From: Candidatus Woesearchaeota archaeon
GTDB lineage: Archaea; Nanobdellota; Nanobdellia; Pacearchaeales; GW2011-AR1
Assembly (NCBI GenBank): GCA_964633605.1
Contig: CAZWGF010000002.1
Span: forward strand, 1-40,016
Direction of reading: 5' to 3'
DNA: 40,016 nt
Part shown: positions 7,918-15,244 of the stretch, one piece after another
Position numbering within the stretch: the first letter of the stretch is position 1
Layout: each line of letters starts with the position of its first letter
Made by a program: the position numbers and the translations under genes
The notes under the pieces: model-generated
Database searches by the model: none
What the model was told of the DNA's origin: nothing
The model's input: the letters and a program-made list of their open reading frames with translations, nothing else

Positions 7918-8955
7918 CTACCTCTTTCGCTTTTTCGCCGCTGTGGTAGGTTCCTCAAGCTCCAAGCCCTCAAAGAACGCCTCTATCTGCGTCCTATAGT
8001 TCTCAAAACGCGGATCTGTGGAATACAGAATGTTCTTGAGTCTGCCAGTGGAGAAGCCGGGCAGGTCCCGCTCCTTGAAAAACTCCTGCCGAAGCTCTTG
8101 CATCTCTTGGAGCAATGGCATGGGCATTTGCCTCACCGACGCATTGCCAGGCTCAAGGCCGAGATTGATCAGGATCGCCGTTTTCTTCTGCTCTACTGGA
8201 AGAGTTGAGATTAGCCGCTCAAACTCCGTGCGATCAGGCACGCTGAATCCGTCGGCCTGGGCCTGGATCAGGGCTGCCTTGCCCTTTTCCGTCTTGATCA
8301 GGGCCTTCCTGTACTTCTTGTCAATGATCTGGTCCTGCTTGGCCAGCCGGAATTGCTTGCGCTGGAGTGGAGTCATCTGCCCCATGAGCTTGGTACGCTT
8401 TTCGGACTCAAGAGCCAGGGCTGTCTGGTATTGGTTCATTGGTGATGGCTTGCCCACTTGCCCGGTCAGTGCATCCGTGTGCCTGGTTCCTGCCCTGGTT
8501 GCTTCAGTGCGGGCCTGCTGCCCCTCGATCTGGCCAGGGGTTACTTGTTCAGAAATCTTAGTACCAGATAGCGTAGACTGTATCTGTGCCTCAGTAAGGC
8601 CAGTCCTTGCAGACAGCGCCTTGAGCTGTTCGGGTGCTAATTGCTTGGAGATGCCGGTCTGCGTCTGTGTTGCTTCCGTTCTGGCCCCGAGGTTCTCTAC
8701 CTGCGCCTTCTGCACTGGGTTGAGGATCCGCTGCAACTGGATCTGCAATCCCATCTGCGTGCCCTGGGGCGTGAGCAGTTCGCCAAGCCCTTCCTCGATT
8801 GTGCCGTTACTGAGCCGTTCGGATATGGTTTGCAGGTCTTTGCGAACTCGCTCTTGTTCGATCTTTTGGGTGAAGGCAGAAAAGAAACCCTCTGCGCCAG
8901 TCCTAAGACCAGTTGCCAATGGGTGTGGTGTCTCTGGTATCACTGTCAGAGCCAT
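7918..8955 (-). CDS. Q/T-rich helical internal virion protein (putative)
   Basis: 345 aa; AAGGAG RBS (CATAAGGAGTACAAGCTATG). Low-complexity helical sequence. Position lies between the S74-domain protein and the giant protein. Confidence 0.75.
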   Translation of the reverse strand: MALTVIPETPHPLATGLRTGAEGFFSAFTQKIEQERVRKDLQTISERLSNGTIEEGLGELLTPQGTQMGLQIQLQRILNPVQKAQVENLGARTEATQTQTGISKQLAPEQLKALSARTGLTEAQIQSTLSGTKISEQVTPGQIEGQQARTEATRAGTRHTDALTGQVGKPSPMNQYQTALALESEKRTKLMGQMTPLQRKQFRLAKQDQIIDKKYRKALIKTEKGKAALIQAQADGFSVPDRTEFERLISTLPVEQKKTAILINLGLEPGNASVRQMPMPLLQEMQELRQEFFKERDLPGFSTGRLKNILYSTDPRFENYRTQIEAFFEGLELEEPTTAAKKRKR

Positions 8956-8967
8956 AGCTTGTACTCC

Positions 8968-9993
8968 TTATGCCGCTTCTAATTGTGGAATCAGCCTACC
9001 ATAGTCAATGGCCAGGTGATCGTTTACTTTGACAACGCAGTCGGGGTGCCGTTCCTCTACGTCCTGGGCGATCAGGCCAAAGCCTTGACCGTATAGGCCG
9101 TACTTCTCGCCGGCCTCTGCATTCCATGTCCAGGTAGTAACCCGCATACCATCCATCTCGCCCTGGACCTCGATATTGTCCTTTAAGCGTTCATCGCTCA
9201 AGGCCGCCGCTATCGCTGACGCACCGGCCTGGCCAGCAAACGCGCCAGCCCCCTGCCCTGCCCCGCCGACGAGCGAGCCGAGCAACTGCGTGGCCAGGGG
9301 TGTCTTTGTCGTGGTAAACGGTTCAGCAAACTGGCCACCTAACAGCCCAAGGGCGAGCTGGATCTGTGACGACTTCAAAGGATCTTGAAGCTCAAACTTC
9401 TGCCGCTCGCCAAGGAGTTGTTCCGATTTAATACCGCGTTCTTCCCTGCCGACTCCGCTTAGAAAGTTCTGCAAGTCGAGCAGTGCCATGTTAGCGCCAA
9501 TTTGCTGCTGATTCTGCTGTAGACCAAATGGCAGGGCTTGGGCCTGGGATGCCAGCGTAAATTCCTGCAGTGCGTCGGTTATGGCATCCCGAGATGCGCT
9601 TGAACTCGTTGCGTCCAGTGCCCCGAACCTATTGGCCACGCCCTCCAGCTTGTTATCCAGGAATCCTTGACCGCCCGCCAGGATCTGGGAAATGATATCA
9701 TTGCCGGATTGCGGATTGGCAATGCCTTGCAGATTTGCCCCGACCTGCTGGCCCAACTGAGGGGCTTGATTGAACACTGACTGCTGTAGTGATGTGGGGC
9801 CTTCAGTGAATGCTCCGGGGAACGTTCGGCCGGGCTGACCAATTGCGCTACCGCCTGTCTGGCCAAGCACTAGGCTTGAAAGTGCTTGCTCGATACCGCT
9901 TTGGTTTGGCGTGAGGGATGACACCTGCCCGCTTACTTGCTTAGGTGGATCGAATCCCAGTATGTCGTCGAATATTTTGTCAAAGAGTCCCAC
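8968..9993 (-). CDS. Gly/Gln-rich fibre/needle-like protein with C-terminal S74-type intramolecular chaperone domain
   Basis: GTG start with AGGAGAATAAC upstream. The C-terminus ALSDERLKDNIE...GLIAQDVEERHPDCVV...AIDYGRL matches the SDxRxK...IAQ(D/E)V...(D/E)Y signature of the endosialidase-type auto-cleaving chaperone. Confidence 0.8.
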   Translation of the reverse strand: MGLFDKIFDDILGFDPPKQVSGQVSSLTPNQSGIEQALSSLVLGQTGGSAIGQPGRTFPGAFTEGPTSLQQSVFNQAPQLGQQVGANLQGIANPQSGNDIISQILAGGQGFLDNKLEGVANRFGALDATSSSASRDAITDALQEFTLASQAQALPFGLQQNQQQIGANMALLDLQNFLSGVGREERGIKSEQLLGERQKFELQDPLKSSQIQLALGLLGGQFAEPFTTTKTPLATQLLGSLVGGAGQGAGAFAGQAGASAIAAALSDERLKDNIEVQGEMDGMRVTTWTWNAEAGEKYGLYGQGFGLIAQDVEERHPDCVVKVNDHLAIDYGRLIPQLEAA

Positions 9994-10072
9994 GTTATTC
10001 TCCTATCTGCTCTGTATGTTCCTTCTCGTTTTGCTTGGGGGCGTCAGGCCCGTTGGGGCGTTATGTGTGATC

Positions 10073-10234
10073 TCATTGCTCACTGTCTTTGTCTTCCTCG
10101 TCAACTACCGTGCTTGTTTGCTGAATAATCGCCAACTTAACAAGATCGTCCTTGCCATAGGCACCACGCCGCATTCCAGTTTCGATAAGACTCTCAATCG
10201 CTTATTTGCCTTCTTTGTCTGTTTGAATCTTCAT
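10073..10234 (-). pseudogene. small ORF interrupted by an in-frame TAA at codon 11
   Basis: ATG 10234 with GAAAGGGAAAGT upstream. Reads MKIQTDKEGK-TAA-AIESLIETGMRRGAYGKDDLVKLAIIQQTSTVVDEEDKDSEQ-TGA in a single frame. The internal ATG has no SD. Confidence 0.25.
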
Positions 10235-10255
10235 ACTTTCCCTTTCGTTATCTTT

Positions 10256-13141
10256 CTATGTCCCACCTTTTTGGGATAAAACCATGCTTACTTTATGAAA
10301 TGTTATTGTTCTACTCACCGCCCCACCACTTAATCTTTCAACCCATAATTCCACAGTGTCATTCGCTGCAACATCAATTATTCCAACACCACCAGTATTC
10401 CCGATTGTCTGATTCCCAGCAGTATCTCTATGAGCGGATGTGCATGGGAAATCAACCGTTCCGTTATTGGTATGAACGTGGAAATCGTATTCAATAGACA
10501 CTGCTGATGTCTGTGAGAAGTCAATGCTGATAATGACTTCGTACCTACCTGCCTTAACTATAGTAATATGATCGTTCGTGTGATCCGGCGTAGCGTTGTT
10601 GCTTTCACCATCTATACTAAATGCCGTTACTTGATAAAATGTGTCTTGGGCAGCAAGGGCCAAAGTACTGACTCCATCCTCATCGTAGATTTGAGCGAAA
10701 GGCAAACCTGATGCCCCGACAAATACTATATTCCCAGTACTATCCAACAAGCAATAATTTGTATTATCGTCACCAATCTTTGCGGAACCAACAACTTGCA
10801 AAGTTTCATCTGGCGTTGTCGTCCCAACCCCGACCTTGCCGTCAGCGGTTACTCTCATATGCTCTGTTGTACTTCCATCAGGGCTGAAATAAGTCTCAAA
10901 GCCCATTCCTACTCTCGCCCCATTTGTCAATTCCGTAACGCTGGTAATCCTTCCGCCAATCCCGTCTGCTGCCGAACCGTCATTAGATCCAAATAATAAT
11001 TGCGAGTTAACTTCCCCTATACTTGTTACTGTATTTTTGCCACCCTCAACCTTTATCGTCCCTGTTACACTATCTGCGGCCTTTACGTGCAATAGTTCCT
11101 CTGCACTCCCAGTACCAATCAAGACATTGCCATCTGCATCCACACTAACAGCAGGATTCGGCGTGCCATCAGATGCAGACAATTCAGAATGCCGGTGCAG
11201 GGCGTCTACCATGGAATCGTTAACCAGGGTTGTGTATGGCGACAGCATTGCGAGTATGATCGAGCCCGCTGCATTGGTTACGCCTATCTCGCTCGCCGTC
11301 CCTGTAATTGTCGCCAGGACAGGATCGACGCCTGTAGAACCTATGGGTAGCTGCCCGTTCGTCGCCTGGGCTAAGACTGTAACATCTCCAGTACCAGAAC
11401 CAACCATCAACCCGCCATCTGTCAACGTTGCAAGGCCAGTACCACCAGAGGTTACGTCAAGCGGATCTCCAAGGACAAGAGTGTCGTCTATCCAGGCTTT
11501 ATTGCCCACTTCAAGGTCATTTTCCACAGCCAAGTCAGCCAAAGAGTCCAGGCCGTGGGGGGAGGTGTAGCTGGCGGAGGTGGCCACTACTTGGTGGTTA
11601 GAGCCTACGGCGTTGGACTCTGTTCCTGTTCCAGAATTATAAATCGAGTCTATTTCGGCTTGAGACAATGCTTTGTTGTAAATACGAACATCATCTATAC
11701 TACCGTCAAAATAGTTGCCCGGCGAGGCGTCCTCTTGTCTTCCGATGGATAAATTATCAATAGTATCTAAAGCGTTATTTATGACATTTGTTCCAACTGA
11801 TATACTATCAACAAACAACTCTCTATCTGTGAGAGAGCTAAACACTCCTACAATGTGGTGCCAGCTTCCATCGTTATAAGTGCCACTAGATGCTATTGAA
11901 CTAGTATTAGTGGTGTTAAGTTGCCATCGTAAATAAGCAAAGCCTCCTGATATAATTTCAATACCGTATTTTGAATTAGCGGAGTTGTTTCCTTGCGACA
12001 ATACAGCGCTAGTTCCTCCATCTGTCGTTTGTATCCAAGCAGCAAAACTGAATGGCAACAAACTTTGTTTTGCACCATTTATATTAACAGAATCACTACT
12101 TCCATTAAACGTCAGAGCCTCATTGATCTTTCCGGCTGTCGTCAATGCAGATGTGTTCTGTTGAGCAGTTCCGTCGTTCGCACCTTGCGTGTCAATAACA
12201 TTGGTAGTGGCAAGATTGTCGTTCATCTTCCACTGTGACACCAGGCCAGAGATAGGCCCAGACGTCGACGTCACCCCGCCCAGGAAGGCCTGCTGGGAAA
12301 CATAAAGGTCGCCGCTAACTGTTGCATCATTCGTGACAGTCAGATCGTTTCCAACGGAGGCGTCAGTCGTGATCGTTAGGTTATCGAAGGTCGGGCTTGC
12401 TCCCGTGTGAATATCCTGGGGCAATGCCAGGGTAATACTGCCCGCTGCATTTGTTACTGTGACCTGGTTTATTGCCCCGATGAGGACAGCCAATACCGGA
12501 TCAGCCCCCGTCGAGCCTATGGGCAACTGCCCGTTCGTCGCCTGGCCAAGGACCGTTACAGGGGCCGCACCGGACCCCAGGACAATGCCGCCATCCGTCA
12601 ATGAAGCGGCACCCGTCCCGCCCTTGCTGACAGCGAGCGGATCCACTATGCCAATCTTGACAGTCCCATCACCAACGTCAGTAACGCTAATTTCCAAATC
12701 GGTCCCGGCAATCCACTGCGTCAAATCATCGACCGAAGTGAGTTGCTTGTTTGCGTCAGTGGATGTAAGCCGGGATGCGGTCAGGCCGGATAATACCAGT
12801 CCGACAAGTGTTGCAATACCGGCGCTCGATAATGTGCTTTTTGTTGTCCAAGTGCCGGATTCTTTCAGTTGGATGAGGTACTCAGATGAGGATTCGCCGT
12901 TGAGCCTCCATGTGCCGTTGGGGTAATCGCCTGTCGCGTCCTTCTCGCCCAGATAGACAATGCCGCCTGGGATTATATCCAATAACAGGTTGATTCTTTC
13001 ATGGATGTCATGTATGCGGAACTCTTGCAGTTCACTTATCAACTCCGTGAGGTAATTGGCAAGCTCTTTCGGATCTCCACTTGTGATAGCTGGCACATCC
13101 AAAGGCAGCCTAACTTGCTCATCTAGTTTTTCGATTGACAT
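10256..13141 (-). CDS. tail fibre with internal LamG/ConA-like lectin domain
   Basis: ORF track gives 10256..13177. I prefer ATG 13141 (MSIEKLDEQ, AGAGGAA upstream). The LamG-like stretch is LTFNGSSDSVNI...FSFAAWIQ...SWHHIVGVF...DDVRIYNKALSQAEI. Two ~74-aa repeated modules flank it. Confidence 0.85.
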   Translation of the reverse strand: MSIEKLDEQVRLPLDVPAITSGDPKELANYLTELISELQEFRIHDIHERINLLLDIIPGGIVYLGEKDATGDYPNGTWRLNGESSSEYLIQLKESGTWTTKSTLSSAGIATLVGLVLSGLTASRLTSTDANKQLTSVDDLTQWIAGTDLEISVTDVGDGTVKIGIVDPLAVSKGGTGAASLTDGGIVLGSGAAPVTVLGQATNGQLPIGSTGADPVLAVLIGAINQVTVTNAAGSITLALPQDIHTGASPTFDNLTITTDASVGNDLTVTNDATVSGDLYVSQQAFLGGVTSTSGPISGLVSQWKMNDNLATTNVIDTQGANDGTAQQNTSALTTAGKINEALTFNGSSDSVNINGAKQSLLPFSFAAWIQTTDGGTSAVLSQGNNSANSKYGIEIISGGFAYLRWQLNTTNTSSIASSGTYNDGSWHHIVGVFSSLTDRELFVDSISVGTNVINNALDTIDNLSIGRQEDASPGNYFDGSIDDVRIYNKALSQAEIDSIYNSGTGTESNAVGSNHQVVATSASYTSPHGLDSLADLAVENDLEVGNKAWIDDTLVLGDPLDVTSGGTGLATLTDGGLMVGSGTGDVTVLAQATNGQLPIGSTGVDPVLATITGTASEIGVTNAAGSIILAMLSPYTTLVNDSMVDALHRHSELSASDGTPNPAVSVDADGNVLIGTGSAEELLHVKAADSVTGTIKVEGGKNTVTSIGEVNSQLLFGSNDGSAADGIGGRITSVTELTNGARVGMGFETYFSPDGSTTEHMRVTADGKVGVGTTTPDETLQVVGSAKIGDDNTNYCLLDSTGNIVFVGASGLPFAQIYDEDGVSTLALAAQDTFYQVTAFSIDGESNNATPDHTNDHITIVKAGRYEVIISIDFSQTSAVSIEYDFHVHTNNGTVDFPCTSAHRDTAGNQTIGNTGGVGIIDVAANDTVELWVERLSGGAVSRTITFHKVSMVLSQKGGT
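11243..11464 (-). repeat. fibre repeat module, copy 2 (aa ~572-645)
   Basis: PLDVTSGGTGLATLTDGGLMVGSGTGDVTVLAQATNGQLPIGSTGVDPVLA... Shares an exact 19-mer CTGCCCGTTCGTCGCCTGG (11351-11369) with copy 1 (12527-12545). Confidence 0.85.
12419..12640 (-). repeat. fibre repeat module, copy 1 (aa ~180-253)
   Basis: PLAVSKGGTGAASLTDGGIVLGSGAAPVTVLGQATNGQLPIGSTGADPVLA... In-frame paralogue of 11243-11464. Confidence 0.85.
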
Positions 13142-13625
13142 ACTGCTTACGTTCCTCTTCCACTGTTTTCCAAACACAGCAAAACGTTTTTCCTAGCATG
13201 GCACCAATGGCTTCATAACTACAGCCAGCAATGCGGAGTAGAACGATACGCCTTGCCCTCTGCGTGCATGTGTTGAGAAAGTTGTTAATGTCGTCTACGT
13301 CATCGTATGTGTAGCGGGGTTTACGTGCTTGTAAGTGTATGGTTTGGTCAGTTTCATCAAACGCATCCAAGTAGACATACTTCACGTTATGAGTACGTGT
13401 TGCCGACCTGGGCTTGCCCACAATGTATTGCCGCATTGACCTAATGGCAATCGTTCCTACCATTTTATCTGAGCTATCCTTGGGTAGTCGTTTGACAGAG
13501 TTAAGCCAGGCCTCATTCACGAGTTCATCCACTTGGATTAACCCTACGCTATGACTGTTATTCAGGGTGTACTGTGCACATCGTCGCATTATCGAAAGCC
13601 AGTTGTCGTTCCATGTTTTTGTCAT
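13119..13625 (-). CDS. ECF-like sigma factor / region-4 HTH transcription regulator
   Basis: ORF track gives 13119..13661. ATG 13625 forms an ATGA overlap with the upstream stop. Region-2-like ELVNEAWLNSVKRLPKD...IAIRSMRQYI and region-4-like RARRIVLLRIAGCSYEAIGAMLGKTFCCVWKTVEE. Confidence 0.5.
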   Translation of the reverse strand: MTKTWNDNWLSIMRRCAQYTLNNSHSVGLIQVDELVNEAWLNSVKRLPKDSSDKMVGTIAIRSMRQYIVGKPRSATRTHNVKYVYLDAFDETDQTIHLQARKPRYTYDDVDDINNFLNTCTQRARRIVLLRIAGCSYEAIGAMLGKTFCCVWKTVEEERKQYVNRKTR

Positions 13626-15229
13626 GGGTTTATGTGTCCTGCCGGCTCCATCTCCAGCCATGTTGCATGGATGACCGGAAGATTTGCCTTGGCATCATTT
13701 GAGAACTCGATCTGATGGGTGTCACCTGTCTCGCCTCCAGCGTGTAACGTCTCCCAGTGCTTATCGCTGTTTCCTGTGCAGGTAATGGTCTGCGTCTTAT
13801 ATGCTGTACTGCTGGTATTCTTGTACAGCTTGACATCGAAGCTGGCCGTCGCTGATGTGTCCACGAGGACCGCAACTCGGCCCAATGAGCATCGTTTGCC
13901 GATCTTATTGAACGGGTTCAGCCTGGCCGATGCCGCCTTAAAATCGTACTTAACGTCATTATCAGATGTGCCTGTGAACATTCGCCACAACCATCCGTCA
14001 CGCCCGCCATAGACGGGAAACCAGGCCTTTTCACTGATAACATCGAGGCCGCCGGCAATAGGCATCTCGGCCAGCGTGGCACCATCTGTGGCGTATGCTG
14101 CGTCGGCGTCGTCCCATTGCGGCATTGCAGCCCCGTTGTACATCGCAAGTGCGTGCACCGGGAACTTATGGATTGCCCAGACTTTGTCCGTGATGCCGTA
14201 CTCTAGTATCCTGTCGGGATAGGTAGAGCCTGTCGCTGCAAAGGTGATATAGACCCGCCTATTTGTGCTGTCAAACACCCCCCAACTGTATTTTAAGGCA
14301 CTCCATTCAAACTGTGCGAGGATGTTGTTCAGGTTCGGCAGGTTCATTCTCTTGACTTCATAGCCGTCAAAATACAATAGGTCCTTGTGGCCTACCGTCA
14401 TCATGCCCTTGTCGAAGGGGATGCACACGCCAGGCGTTTGGCTGCCCAGATCCCCCCGGATGTAATCAAACCTAAACGGAATTGCAGTAGAGCCGCTCGG
14501 GCGCAGCATGTGTAGGGAGTTCTCGAACCAGATATAGATATACCGACCCAACCGCATACCTGCGACGGGCTTGTCGTCGGACTGGACATCGAGGTAGTTG
14601 CCATCCTGGAAGCTCGGCGTTTCGCCCCATGCAAGCGTCTGGCTGTAGCGTAGGCGGTAGGGTCTGTACGTGCCATCATCCACAATATCAAATGCCAGGA
14701 AGCGGTCACTAAGGAAGAATAGCATGTGAGCCGTGTTCATCTTCGCGCCCGATGTGGCATGTGTCGTCAGGTCCATGGCCGATACCGCCGTGGGTACGGA
14801 CGGTTCAAAGGCATCACCATCGAACATGTACATTGTGTCCTGAAAGTTGGTCATGTAGGTTTTGCCGTGGAGTGTCATGAAATTGAACAGATCCGCAGCC
14901 CCGCCCGAAAAGATATCACTACCGCCGCTGACATCCAACATAGCTGTTGTTTCGGGCGAGTAGACATTTGGCCTGGCCGTATCACAAGCGAGCAGGAAAT
15001 GCTGATTCTTAGACGAATGGGTCCACAGGCCGGTAATCGTCGTCGTCTGAACCGCCCCGCCGTGGTTCATCTGTGCGAGGTGAGCAGATCCGGCCCGCTT
15101 GGATAGGATGCCATCAATGCAACGGGCATTCTCCAGAGTCACGAAAGCATCCTCGGGAGAGATCCACGGTTCCTTTGTGGTTTGGAAACCCGTACTGTAA
15201 TTCGATATTAAAAATCCTTTGTAAGCCAT
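13622..15229 (-). CDS. tail structural protein (nozzle/tubular-type, beta-propeller-like; function tentative)
   Basis: 535 aa with repeated blade-like segments (YMFDG, YIYIWFENS, LLYFDGY, RVYITFAA, WLWRMF). Placed between a beta-helix protein and the fibre gene. Confidence 0.7.
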   Translation of the reverse strand: MAYKGFLISNYSTGFQTTKEPWISPEDAFVTLENARCIDGILSKRAGSAHLAQMNHGGAVQTTTITGLWTHSSKNQHFLLACDTARPNVYSPETTAMLDVSGGSDIFSGGAADLFNFMTLHGKTYMTNFQDTMYMFDGDAFEPSVPTAVSAMDLTTHATSGAKMNTAHMLFFLSDRFLAFDIVDDGTYRPYRLRYSQTLAWGETPSFQDGNYLDVQSDDKPVAGMRLGRYIYIWFENSLHMLRPSGSTAIPFRFDYIRGDLGSQTPGVCIPFDKGMMTVGHKDLLYFDGYEVKRMNLPNLNNILAQFEWSALKYSWGVFDSTNRRVYITFAATGSTYPDRILEYGITDKVWAIHKFPVHALAMYNGAAMPQWDDADAAYATDGATLAEMPIAGGLDVISEKAWFPVYGGRDGWLWRMFTGTSDNDVKYDFKAASARLNPFNKIGKRCSLGRVAVLVDTSATASFDVKLYKNTSSTAYKTQTITCTGNSDKHWETLHAGGETGDTHQIEFSNDAKANLPVIHATWLEMEPAGHINP

Positions 15230-15244
15230 TCGCTTGTACTTTCA

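Noticed and set aside
2588-9004. Long + strand ORFs (e.g. 5346..6029, 6899..7660, 8018..9004)
   Set aside because: They lie entirely inside long minus-strand genes with clear motifs. They are low-complexity Ser/Cys/Arg/Pro-rich translations without RBS, i.e. shadow ORFs.
10202-10204. Genome-wide TAA stop-codon reassignment
   Set aside because: TAA terminates several genes that are tightly coupled to the next start (e.g. 29412, 32054, 8968, 38913). It therefore functions as a stop here.
9911-10279. + strand 122-aa hydrophobic ORF spanning the 9994-10255 gap
   Set aside because: It has no SD before any start. Its T-rich Leu/Phe/Cys composition is typical of antisense reading, and it overlaps two minus-strand gene ends.
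11243-12640. Fibre repeats considered as a diversity-generating retroelement TR/VR pair
   Set aside because: There is no reverse transcriptase in the window. Both copies are in the same ORF, and the differences are not confined to adenine positions.
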